Source: Candidatus Bathyarchaeota archaeon
Lineage (GTDB): Archaea > Thermoproteota > Bathyarchaeia > Bathyarchaeales > Bathycorpusculaceae
Assembly (NCBI GenBank): GCA_963833575.1
Contig: CAWHXY010000007.1
Location: forward strand, 448,001-512,000
Direction: 5' to 3'
DNA length: 64,000 nucleotides
The notes below the pieces were generated by a model, which saw nothing but the letters and a program-made list of their open reading frames with translations, was not told the DNA's origin and made no database searches. Positions 20,106 through 29,753 of the stretch are shown in pieces; the first letter of the stretch is position 1, and every line of letters starts with the position of its first letter. The translations under genes were made by a program, and so were the position numbers.

Positions 20106-20612
20106 AAGAATTGTTCACGAGTTTGGATACTCTCAAACCTTTCTTACCACGAATTACATTTCTTGACATAAAGACTTTACCCAGCAGGACAATCGTTTTT
20201 TTCCACAAACATTCGTTTGAACGCTCTTTTGTTCACTTGATTCTAATCAGGACAATGCGGGGCTGACATACGTCCCTCAATCAATTCATTTTTTGTGTAA
20301 CTTCCAGTTCAATAAATAAAATTCTTATTAACTTTGTATCAATAAGTTAAATTCAACATTAATTATTATATCATACGAGTTCTGTTTTGGCAAATCATAA
20401 ATATCGCGTGCTATTTGGGTTCCAAATAGAGAATTGAAGTGAGAGCAGCCGCAGGCACAGAACGTGTCCTTAAAGACTAATCCTCTAAAACTGCTCATAA
20501 ACTAAATTCCTCTTAAAAATTCTTTGTTTGCTAAATCCTAACTCCAAAAATAGCACCCTTTCAGTCGCCAAAGCGGCTGAACTTCACTTCCAAAATGTAT
20601 TAAAGAACGCAA

Positions 20613-21038
20613 ATGGAGGTGAAAAAAGTGAACAAAAAGGCTTTGCTTGCCTCAATCTCGGTACTCTTGGCTTCAAGCTTAATTGCGGTGCCAGTTTTGG
20701 CCTTGAGTTTGCCGTCAGATTTTACGGCAGGGGGATGGGGGTATGTTAACATTCCTGGACATATTTATTATTCAGGCGAGACCATACGAAGCGTAACAAC
20801 GACTTTGGGGACACAGGTCGTGATAACTATACCTAGTTTTCTGCCGAATGAAGCATTTTGGAGTGTTAGTTCTTATATCATATATGGCGGTGTTGAAACT
20901 ATAAAGACTGGAATTGGATATTGGGGTTACACAGGCATCCATCTTAGTCCAATAACCGTCATTGTTCACCTAAACGCACCATACCTTGTTGTTGCATACG
21001 GTTCAGGCGTCTACTTCATCGGTACCTTGCAATCTTAA
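20613..21038 (+). CDS. Secreted hypothetical protein
   Basis: Signal peptide after a GGAGGTGA RBS (true start probably GTG 20628), aromatic beta-rich mature region. Confidence 0.7.
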   Translation: MEVKKVNKKALLASISVLLASSLIAVPVLALSLPSDFTAGGWGYVNIPGHIYYSGETIRSVTTTLGTQVVITIPSFLPNEAFWSVSSYIIYGGVETIKTGIGYWGYTGIHLSPITVIVHLNAPYLVVAYGSGVYFIGTLQS

Positions 21039-21381
21039 GAAAGCGCTAAAAGCATGTTTAATTCTATCTCTTTTTTAGTTTCTCTATTTAGCCTTTGAAG
21101 CTCTACACTAATCACTGCAAAGTTATAGATTAAATTACTAACAAGTAACCCTCTTTTCTCTTGTTTGCGAACGATCTAACGATCTAACTAACGAGCTAAC
21201 GAAAGAATGCGTGGGAGAGAGTGATAAGAAGAGTGAGTCAGTAGTCGTTAGTCATGGTTATTGATAGAGAGAAAGATTAAATTTTAGTGCACACACACAC
21301 TTGTTCTTCGGTTTGTGGCTTTAGGATTCTTCAGCGGTTAAACCTAAAAGAGAAGAAAATGCAGAAAAACTAAACATGAAA

Positions 21382-21621
21382 TTAGCCTAAAGAACGGGGT
21401 TGCGGTTGACCATGCGTCCAACGCCACTGCATAGTAAAGAAAAAGAACAAAAGAACAATCGAAACCACAACGAGAAATAAACCTAATACTAAAAGGGGCA
21501 ACGCAAACAATGAATCAGCAGAAAAGTAGAGTCGGGAAATTGCTAGGGACAAGATGCCTGAGATACCGAACGGAAGAGCCATTAAGCCGTAAGTTCGTGA
21601 ATTAAACCATTTTGCGGACAT
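21382..21621 (-). CDS. Small 2-TM membrane protein
   Basis: Two hydrophobic helices, GAGGGA upstream. Confidence 0.6.
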   Translation of the reverse strand: MSAKWFNSRTYGLMALPFGISGILSLAISRLYFSADSLFALPLLVLGLFLVVVSIVLLFFFFTMQWRWTHGQPQPRSLG

Positions 21622-21964
21622 TCTTATCCCTCAGTTACAGTGGGCTTTATCAGTTTAAGAGTTTTTGCTATGAAATCAACATGGACTCTGTTTTTGCACA
21701 AGTAGAATTATCTTATAATAGTGGTGCGTAAGGCGCGCGCTTGGCGATGAAAATCCCCCTGATAATATGAACTATCTCGCCCCCTACATTTGGTACAATA
21801 CTTGTATTTACAGAATAAAAAAAGAAAAGGTTTAGGAAGCCCAGATAACAAAAACTGTCAAGTTGACTTCTCAAGAATGCAAAGGTTTCCATACAAAAAA
21901 GCGAAATGCCCTTCTTAAAAAACATTATACGGTAAGCAAGTACTAGAAACTTGAAACTGTTGGG

Positions 21965-22219
21965 GTGATTTTTATAAACAGAAATCAAGAAAATATAGCA
22001 ATTGAAGATTTAGAAAATAATACTGATAAGATTTTTAGCAAAATGCCGGTTTATAGGTGTTCATGTGGAATCGAAATTTTGGTTATTCCAGATTTACATG
22101 TCATGGTAAAAGCTATAATGAAGCACTTAACGGAACATAAAAAAGTAACAGGGCAGTGCTTAACTGAGGAACTTCTGACACAGGAAATCCTAAAAATCAT
22201 AGGTGACGTCTTCGTTTGA
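21965..22219 (+). CDS. Small hypothetical protein with CxCG...HxxxH motif
   Basis: YRCSCGIEILVIPD...KHLTEH, potential zinc site. Confidence 0.6.
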   Translation: MIFINRNQENIAIEDLENNTDKIFSKMPVYRCSCGIEILVIPDLHVMVKAIMKHLTEHKKVTGQCLTEELLTQEILKIIGDVFV

Positions 22220-22256
22220 ACTCCTTTGAGTTCTTATTCTAGGACAAAAAAGAAGA

Positions 22257-22347
22257 GCGGACTTTTTTTAATCCTTGGGAGAGAAATCATGGCATAGAAT
22301 AGGAGTGAGAAGGCTTTTTCTTTTAGGTGAGGATTAACAAAGTCCGC
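22257..22347. repeat. Imperfect 18-19 bp inverted repeat
   Basis: GCGGACTTTTTTTAATCCT (22257-22275) versus AGGATTAACAAAGTCCGC (22330-22347). Confidence 0.65.
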
Positions 22348-22792
22348 CAAGATATGTTGGGTGTTTCAAAAGATAAATGGTTGTGAGTGGCTGCTTACAA
22401 CAACAAAGGAAAATAAGAATTGAGATTTATTTTTGCTTCTTATGCTCATGATGTTTCAGAAAAAAATCGCCCTTAGACTGCCCATGTGTGGTGGAAAAAC
22501 TGAATAATTAGCCAATATGAAAAAATAGAAAAATTGCTTGTAACTAACCTCTTAAGCGCGCGGGTTTAGTCATCAATTATTTCAAGCATGGGCTGACCAC
22601 AACAAGTTGGATTCTTTTGTTCATTGAAATTCTGAGATTCAGTGCAGTCGCAAGTATCATAATCAGCCTTTATCTTCTTACCGCACGTCTTGCATTGGAA
22701 TGTAGGCATAACTCATCTATTATAACTTTAGGAAACATACCAAAAAACTTTGCTATTTTTCTTAGCACGCGCTATAAATCGGGCATGTGTCG

Positions 22793-23491
22793 CTATTTGG
22801 TCGCTAAAGGGGCATGCTCTTTGTTTTTCGCCTTAATTACGAAAGCAAAGATGATTACCACACCAGTTGAGATTGCTGTCGCAATTGCAACTGAATGCTG
22901 CTGGTAGAAGGGCAACTTTGAATTATTCCCATAAGAGTTTAAAAAGTTATAGTGGATTACGCTTACATTCTCAGTAGCGCCAGTCACGGCGACCGTTCCA
23001 TCGGGCAGCAGGTTCCAGCCGTCACCTTCACTAACAACCGTGTGGTTCCCAAAAACAACAGTCCATTCAGCAGTTGAAATCGATTCTCTTTGTCCAGAGA
23101 AAAGACCAAAGTTCAAGATTTGTTCACCATGACCATCAACTTTAAATCTTAACCTTTCGCTCTGAAAGGTAGTGCCATTATTAATTAGGAAAGAGAAAAT
23201 TGTAACATTGGAGTTTTGAGTTGAAATCCTAAAATCTCTAAGCATCTGTGACCCGTTGAGTTGTAAATCAGTGAAAACCCAAGTGTTATTTTCAAAGACT
23301 GCCGTAGAATAGGAGCCATTTACTGCAAAACTAACCGCGCCATCGAGTACCGGAATATCAAATTTGTCTGCAGGACTAAAAGTCACACTTGTTTGCGCCT
23401 GCGTATTGGGAAAGACACAAAGTAATAAGAAAACAGTAATTGCGGCAACTCCACTTGTGCTCTTGATTTTGTTCACCACCAAACTCCTCAC
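22793..23491 (-). CDS. Secreted protein with C-terminal membrane anchor
   Basis: Signal peptide, many NxS/T sequons, C-terminal TM helix + basic tail. Confidence 0.8.
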   Translation of the reverse strand: MRSLVVNKIKSTSGVAAITVFLLLCVFPNTQAQTSVTFSPADKFDIPVLDGAVSFAVNGSYSTAVFENNTWVFTDLQLNGSQMLRDFRISTQNSNVTIFSFLINNGTTFQSERLRFKVDGHGEQILNFGLFSGQRESISTAEWTVVFGNHTVVSEGDGWNLLPDGTVAVTGATENVSVIHYNFLNSYGNNSKLPFYQQHSVAIATAISTGVVIIFAFVIKAKNKEHAPLATK

Positions 23492-23507
23492 TACTTACTT
23501 TGTTAAT

Positions 23508-23619
23508 TGGTTTGCTGAGGCTCTGGAAAACTTTAAAGGAGAAAAACAAGCAAATGAAAATGCTCTATCACGAAACTATGGCAGGTATCGTGAATTTTAA
23601 CCAGAGCCTTCTCAGCCCC
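23508..23619 (-). repeat. Conserved hairpin element, copy 2
   Basis: TGGTTTGCTGAGGCTCTGG (23508-23526) and CCAGAGCCTTCTCAGCCCC (23601-23619). Confidence 0.9.
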
Positions 23620-23680
23620 ACATTTTTATCCGATACTTTCAAGACTAAAAAAGGGGAAATGGATTTTTTGGTTGTTGTTT

Positions 23681-26266
23681 TTATGGCTTCTTTCTCATTA
23701 AAAGTAATCCGACTATAGCTATTGCGATGATTATGGCTATGACGCCTACTGCTAAGTACATCATTAGGTCTGTTGGTGTTGCGTAGTTTAGGGGTGCTGG
23801 TACGGGAGTTAAGGTTGCTGAGGCCGCTTGTACGGTTACGGCAGTTTCTGCTGACGAGCCAAAGTAAGAGTTAGATCCTGCAAAGGTAGCTGTTACCATG
23901 TAGATTCCGGGTACTGTAGGTGTCCAGTCCAATGCAAATTTCCCATTCATGTCGCTGACGGTTGTGCCAATGACGTAGGTGTTGTGGTTTGAGTCAAGAA
24001 CGCTTAGAGTTACCGGGACACCTGTAGCATTCATAGGTTCAGGTTGTTGGTCGTAGAGGTAATCCATCCATGCGGTCATGCTGTCGTCGGATATTGCGGG
24101 AGTGCCTGCTGCAGGGATACCTAAGCATGTGCTACCTGATGACTGGTCCGTAACAGTACCTTGAACTAGAACTGTCGCTCCTAATGTTTGAGCATCTTGA
24201 GGCGCAGAGACTGTTGTGGCAGTTTGTCCTTGACCATAAGCGTATAACACGTTGTTGTATGCGTTCGGTTTCACGAAGATGCCATCTGCGAGGAGTGCGC
24301 TAGCTCCGTTAGAGTCATCAAAGCTTGAATCGCTCCAAACTAAGGCTCCTGTAGTGGCGTTTATTGCGTATACTTGTGCGCCTATAAACATGGGTGGACT
24401 ATATGTATGTCCTCCTGCAACGAATACTTCGCCGCCGCCGACTGCCTCAACATGTACCAAAGGCCATATACCATATGGAGTATCGTATCCTGCGCTACCT
24501 GTTGAAAATTGCCAGACCTGTTTTCCTGTGGTAATATTATATGCATGTACTTGTCCACCGAAGTCAGATGCGTATAGCATACCGTAAGCAATGATCGGTT
24601 TATAGTTGACAAAGTATGCCCAAGGCGGGCTATTGTAGGGATCTGAAGTCCAGACTGATTGTCCAGTAAGCGCGTTGTAGGCACTCCAGGTTAATGATTC
24701 GTGATTGAATTCGAACCACATTCCATTTAAAATGCCATTCGTGTCAATTCTGGCCCATGCGCCTACCGTTTCGTTTATCGGACCCCATATTTGTTGTCCT
24801 GTGATCGAACTGTAACCTGCTATTATGCGCCAAGGTGGTAGCCAGCTAAGCCCTCCGTTCAAAGTGCTGTCAACTGAAGTCATGAGGATCATGTTTGAAC
24901 CGATTGCTCCAATTCCAAGAGTTGGGCTGAATGTCACGCCAGATATGTTGGTAGCTAGTGGCATTGACCACATTATTCCTTTACGAAAGTCTATTTGTGC
25001 ACCCTGCGTTGGTCTCCATTGCCAAGCTGCTGGACCATTGGTTCCGACTAGTATACATTGCGTTGAGTTCCACATGTTAATTGTAGGTGCATGATACGCA
25101 TTCGCTGTGCTTGTGTTAACATAGTAGCCAATCAAATCGCCACTGTCATCTTCCGTGAGAGTAAAAGTTGTAGCATTAACAATACTTAGTACGTAGTCTC
25201 CAGTCATTGCGTCAAACATGCCGTAGGTAGTTCCAGTGTTTGGACTAACCGTTGGCAATGTGCTCCAGAGGTATGGGATGCCGCCGTACTGGTTTGGTGT
25301 GATGTAGTCTAATAGTTGACCGCATAATAAGGGCAGAGTAGTGTTAATGAACCATAACTGTTTTCCAGTCCTAAGGTTTAAAGCCATCCAACCTGCGGGA
25401 TTAGACGAGCTTCCAGGTGTTTCTTGGTAGTAGAGTATACCGTTTATGACAATTCCGCCAAATTTCGGTTCATATTGTGAAGTTGAATAGTAGCTGCTGC
25501 CATATTCACTGCCGCCAAATTCGCCGCCAAGTAAGCCTCCAGCTGCTAGTGGTTGTGTCCATAAGATGTGAGCACTAGTTGGAGCGGTAGTATAGGGATT
25601 GTAGTTTCCGGTGTAGTTGTATTCGCCAGTAACCATAGTAAAACCAACTGCTGCAAGGCCAAGCCAATTTCCGCTAATTGTGTACCAGTTTAGGTTCTCG
25701 CCGTAGATTGGTCGTTGCCAGTAACCTGTTGGAAGCGGAGCAGTCGACTGAGAGGGTATGGGTGCCTCTTGTACAGCGAGCGTCACTGCTGAACTCGTGC
25801 TAGGTTGATAGTAATCTCCAATCAATGTCTGTATTGCTGCAGAGTAGCCAGCTGGTGGTGGATTGCTACCTGTTAACGTTTGTCCAGAAAAGCTGAACTG
25901 GAATGTATAATTGCCCAAGACGGCAGGTGTGTAAGTTGTATGTGCTCCTCCTGTGTCATCGGATGTAAACGGTCCTAGCGTTTCAGTGGTGCCATCAGGT
26001 TTGGTAACTTTTACTATGAAATTCTGCCATCTATCACCATAAATTGTAGCCGCTGTTGGAGGTGCCTTGTCAATCCAGAAGTTAACGTAAGCAGCTTGAC
26101 CTACGCCTACAGGGTTAGGCTCGACGCTAATGTACGCCCATGTTGGAATATTAAATGGAGGTGTATGCGCGTTAGCGCTTGGTATTAACATTGTTGAAGC
26201 TGACATCGAAATAGTCATCAAAATAACAATCGTAATAGCTGCAATTCTGTTTTTTAGATTTAACAT
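23681..26266 (-). CDS. PQQ-like beta-propeller repeat cell-surface protein, paralog 2
   Basis: Same architecture as paralog 1. Start ATG 26266 (MLNLKNR) after the family-type GAAAGGAAGAAAA leader, C-terminal TM + RKKP. Confidence 0.9.
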   Translation of the reverse strand: MLNLKNRIAAITIVILMTISMSASTMLIPSANAHTPPFNIPTWAYISVEPNPVGVGQAAYVNFWIDKAPPTAATIYGDRWQNFIVKVTKPDGTTETLGPFTSDDTGGAHTTYTPAVLGNYTFQFSFSGQTLTGSNPPPAGYSAAIQTLIGDYYQPSTSSAVTLAVQEAPIPSQSTAPLPTGYWQRPIYGENLNWYTISGNWLGLAAVGFTMVTGEYNYTGNYNPYTTAPTSAHILWTQPLAAGGLLGGEFGGSEYGSSYYSTSQYEPKFGGIVINGILYYQETPGSSSNPAGWMALNLRTGKQLWFINTTLPLLCGQLLDYITPNQYGGIPYLWSTLPTVSPNTGTTYGMFDAMTGDYVLSIVNATTFTLTEDDSGDLIGYYVNTSTANAYHAPTINMWNSTQCILVGTNGPAAWQWRPTQGAQIDFRKGIMWSMPLATNISGVTFSPTLGIGAIGSNMILMTSVDSTLNGGLSWLPPWRIIAGYSSITGQQIWGPINETVGAWARIDTNGILNGMWFEFNHESLTWSAYNALTGQSVWTSDPYNSPPWAYFVNYKPIIAYGMLYASDFGGQVHAYNITTGKQVWQFSTGSAGYDTPYGIWPLVHVEAVGGGEVFVAGGHTYSPPMFIGAQVYAINATTGALVWSDSSFDDSNGASALLADGIFVKPNAYNNVLYAYGQGQTATTVSAPQDAQTLGATVLVQGTVTDQSSGSTCLGIPAAGTPAISDDSMTAWMDYLYDQQPEPMNATGVPVTLSVLDSNHNTYVIGTTVSDMNGKFALDWTPTVPGIYMVTATFAGSNSYFGSSAETAVTVQAASATLTPVPAPLNYATPTDLMMYLAVGVIAIIIAIAIVGLLLMRKKP

Positions 26267-26648
26267 TTTTTTTCTTCCTTTCATTTTTGGTTGTAAGAAG
26301 CATTTGTATCTGCGTTCTTCCAACTAAACAATCATCTTGTTAGAGTAAAGCTTAAATGATTTGCTTATCTCTAAACCTAGAAAAAAACTTAAAAAAATGT
26401 CCAGAGCTAAGATAATAAGAAAAATTTTGAATTATTACAAAGCAAATCGTTTAAAAAAACGCGCAGTAAAATTTTCTTGATTATCAATCAAAGATTATTT
26501 TAAGCTCTCACTCATAGAGTTGACTGGAGATAACCCATGAAAAGGCAAATTAACCTTTTCGGGGGCAACACAATTTATCTGAAGCATCGCCCGCAGAGCT
26601 GAATATGTTGCAATAGTTTTTTTGATTTGAAAATATGGTATGAATTTT

Positions 26649-26757
26649 GGGTTTGCTGAGGCTCTGGAAAACAAGGAGAAAATAAAGCAAATGCAAATGC
26701 TCTATCTTCCAAATACTTAGCTATCTCTTGAAATTCAACCAGAGCCTGCTCAGCCCC
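26649..26757 (-). repeat. Conserved hairpin element, copy 3
   Basis: GGGTTTGCTGAGGCTCTGG (26649-26667) and CCAGAGCCTGCTCAGCCCC (26739-26757). Confidence 0.9.
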
Positions 26758-26820
26758 ATCCATACTCATTGACTTCAAAAAAATAAAAAAGGGAAATGAT
26801 TTTTGATATGCATTTTTGGT

Positions 26821-29541
26821 TTATGGGTGTTTTCTTGTGACAAGAATTGCGAGAACAGCGCCTATTACGATTATCGCGATTATGATTGCTATCCCTATGT
26901 ATTCAAGTGTGCTTTGAGTGGCTACGTTGCCAATCGCTGTTGCTGTGGGCACTTGTGTTGCTTGTGGGAGGCTTGCGTAGAAAGCTGTTGTTGCAGATGA
27001 TTCATAGTAAGATTGGGTGCCTGCGAAAGTGGCTGTAACTGTAAAGTTGCCTGGTATTGTTGGTGTCCACGTAAGACTGTAGAAACCGCTTGGAGTTGTC
27101 GTTGCAGTGCCGATTGGGTAGCAGTTGCCGTTAGAATCAGTGACCGCTATCGTAACTGGAACGCCGGTTATGTTTGATGGCATTACCTGCTGCTCGTAGA
27201 CTGCTTCCATGAACTGTGTCATGCTAGCGTCGGATACACATGGAAGACCGTTGGGGAAGTTCGCTGCGATTGCTTCTTGCTTTGAGCCGGCTGAGATGTC
27301 CATAGCTGTGCCAGTGATTGTTACTGGCGTGGATGTTGTAACGGCATTTTGTGGAGTTGAAACCGTTGTTGCGCTGGGTCCTTTGCCGTATGCGTAGATT
27401 TGGTTGTCGTAGGCGTTCATAACTGTGGCGATACCGAAGGCGATTGCAGGGGGGTTTGTGACATCGAAACCCAATATTTTCCACACAAGTTGTCCAGTTG
27501 TAATGTTTATAGCCAATTGTTGAGCTCCGTGAAACAGCGGTGGACTGTATTCGTGACCTTCCGGTACGTATAGGATTCCGTCGGCGACTGTACCGCAATC
27601 GAAAGTCCATAAGGGCCAAGTGCCGTAGGGTGTGTTAGTTCCTGCATCACCTTGTAGCGTGTTGGTATTTGTCTGCCAAATGATAGTTCCGTTTGCCATG
27701 TTAATAGCCCAAATATCTCCTCCGAAGCCATAAAGATACATTATGCCATTAGCAAGCACGTTTCTGAAGCCTCCTGTTGAGTCGTATGGATTACAATTGG
27801 TTAACTGCAGAGTCCATAATTGAGAGCCTGTTGTGGCACTGTAACCGATGGCTTGGTAATTATCTTGGTTGATTTCCACGTAGATTTCGGAAGAAGGTGA
27901 GGTTATGTCAACTCTGGTGCCAGGTGCTTCTGTTCGATTAACTGCCCAAAGCTGTTGACCTGTTCTGGAACTGTAGGCTGCTTCAATCTGAAAACCGGTG
28001 TTGAAAAAGTTTTCACCCGGAGTTATGCAAGTCAAAAGTACCACACCACTATTTACGCTGCCCCCGATGTCTGAACCTGTTGCTCCAAAAGACAAGCTTT
28101 GAGGCAGAGGAACGCCCGTAATGTTTGTGGCTATTGGCATTGACCATTCTAGTCCATAGCTAAAGGGTATGATAGCGCCTTGTGGCGGTCGCCATTCCCA
28201 AATGTTGGTGTTGAAGTTTGTTGCTAAGTCATAGTTTTGAACGCATAATGTTGAGTTCCATTCGTTTAATGTTTCTGTTGTAGAGTTAATGTAGTAACCG
28301 ATGAGATTCCCCTGATCATCTTCTGTAAGAGTCATTGCGGTTCCGTTGACGATACTTAGAATATAGTTTCCTGTTGATGCATCGAACATGTTGTAGGTTG
28401 TGGACGCAGTGGCGGCGTGGGTAAATTGGTCGACCATAACGGTAGGTGCAATGTTTGTGGCTGCTGCTACCATGGCAGGTGTTCCAGTACTCCAAAGGTA
28501 AGTAAGCGCTCCGAATTGGTTTGGACTCACGTAATAAAGCGTCTGTCCGCATCTTAACACTGTACAGGGTCCTGCTGATGCAACGTTTGGTTGAAGCGTG
28601 GAAGTTGAGCCTATTGGGGATGGTAGCGTAAGCGGATAATCCGTCGTCCACAGAGTCTTACCAGTGTACAAGTCAACTGCGACCCACCCTGTGGGGTTAG
28701 CGATAGTGCCTTGGTATTGAGTATAGTACATGACGCCGTTCATTATTATGGGTGCAAATTTTGGTTCGTACTGAGAGGTTGCATAATAGTTGCTTGTTCC
28801 GGTTGCTCCAAATTCTCCTCCAAGTACACCTCCAGGTGCTGCGGGTCTGGTCCACATAATGTGAGCGGTTGTGGGCGATGTAGTGTAAGGATTGTAGTTT
28901 GATGTACAGTTATAATTTCCTGTATTCGCGCTAAATATTTGTCCCAAACCAAGCCAGTTTCCTGTAAGAATAGACCATGGGTATACGTTTTCGGAGTTTA
29001 CGGGTGTTTGCCAGTAGTTGGTTGGAAGTGGATTAGTAGGCAACGAAGGTATTGGTTGCTGCTGTACAGTTAGCGTTGCACTTATGTTGCTAGGTTCAAA
29101 ATAGTCTCCGATGAATGCTTTTGTGAAGGCTGTTGTTGCTGGACTGAGATTGCTGCCTGCTAGAATTTGTCCTGGAAAAGTAAAGAAGAAGCTGTAATTT
29201 CCCAGTTGAGAAGGCGTATACGTGGTGTACGTTCCACCAGTATCGTCGGAAGTAAATGGTCCGAGTGTTTCAGTTGTGCCGTCCGGTTTTGTTACTACCA
29301 CTTTGAAGTTTTGCCATCTGTCACCATACTGCACGTTCGCTGTCGGAGGGGGTTGAGCTAGCCACATGCCAATTGTTACTGTTTGTCCGACGCCTGCAGG
29401 GTTAGGTGCAACATTAAGGTATGCTATGGTCGGCAAAGAAATGTTACCGGCTTTAGCTAAAGGAGCTGCGTGAGATGCCATCGAAAGTATGAAGAATATT
29501 ACAATAGTGATTGCTGCAATTTTATTTTTTCGTGTTTTCAT
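26821..29541 (-). CDS. PQQ-like beta-propeller repeat cell-surface protein, paralog 3
   Basis: Same architecture. Start ATG 29541 (MKTRKNK) after GGAGAAAAGAAAA, C-terminal TM + RKHP. Confidence 0.9.
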   Translation of the reverse strand: MKTRKNKIAAITIVIFFILSMASHAAPLAKAGNISLPTIAYLNVAPNPAGVGQTVTIGMWLAQPPPTANVQYGDRWQNFKVVVTKPDGTTETLGPFTSDDTGGTYTTYTPSQLGNYSFFFTFPGQILAGSNLSPATTAFTKAFIGDYFEPSNISATLTVQQQPIPSLPTNPLPTNYWQTPVNSENVYPWSILTGNWLGLGQIFSANTGNYNCTSNYNPYTTSPTTAHIMWTRPAAPGGVLGGEFGATGTSNYYATSQYEPKFAPIIMNGVMYYTQYQGTIANPTGWVAVDLYTGKTLWTTDYPLTLPSPIGSTSTLQPNVASAGPCTVLRCGQTLYYVSPNQFGALTYLWSTGTPAMVAAATNIAPTVMVDQFTHAATASTTYNMFDASTGNYILSIVNGTAMTLTEDDQGNLIGYYINSTTETLNEWNSTLCVQNYDLATNFNTNIWEWRPPQGAIIPFSYGLEWSMPIATNITGVPLPQSLSFGATGSDIGGSVNSGVVLLTCITPGENFFNTGFQIEAAYSSRTGQQLWAVNRTEAPGTRVDITSPSSEIYVEINQDNYQAIGYSATTGSQLWTLQLTNCNPYDSTGGFRNVLANGIMYLYGFGGDIWAINMANGTIIWQTNTNTLQGDAGTNTPYGTWPLWTFDCGTVADGILYVPEGHEYSPPLFHGAQQLAINITTGQLVWKILGFDVTNPPAIAFGIATVMNAYDNQIYAYGKGPSATTVSTPQNAVTTSTPVTITGTAMDISAGSKQEAIAANFPNGLPCVSDASMTQFMEAVYEQQVMPSNITGVPVTIAVTDSNGNCYPIGTATTTPSGFYSLTWTPTIPGNFTVTATFAGTQSYYESSATTAFYASLPQATQVPTATAIGNVATQSTLEYIGIAIIIAIIVIGAVLAILVTRKHP

Positions 29542-29753
29542 TTTTCTTTTCTCCATAATCCACAATATTTTCAATTTCTTTATAATACTTTTCAAAAGTG
29601 CAGAAAATAGTGAACATAACCGTTAAATTTGTGGATTTCAAACGACTATTTCACACATTCGCGCGCGCTAGATGTAGTCAATTCCCGAAAAATCCATGCT
29701 GGTTACTTACTAATTTTTTAGTACCGTCATGTAACTGATTTTGATGATAAGTA

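Noticed and set aside
21170-21300. Short CTAACGA-like tandem repeats and a (CA)n run
   Set aside because: Only three or four short degenerate units, consistent with simple slippage.
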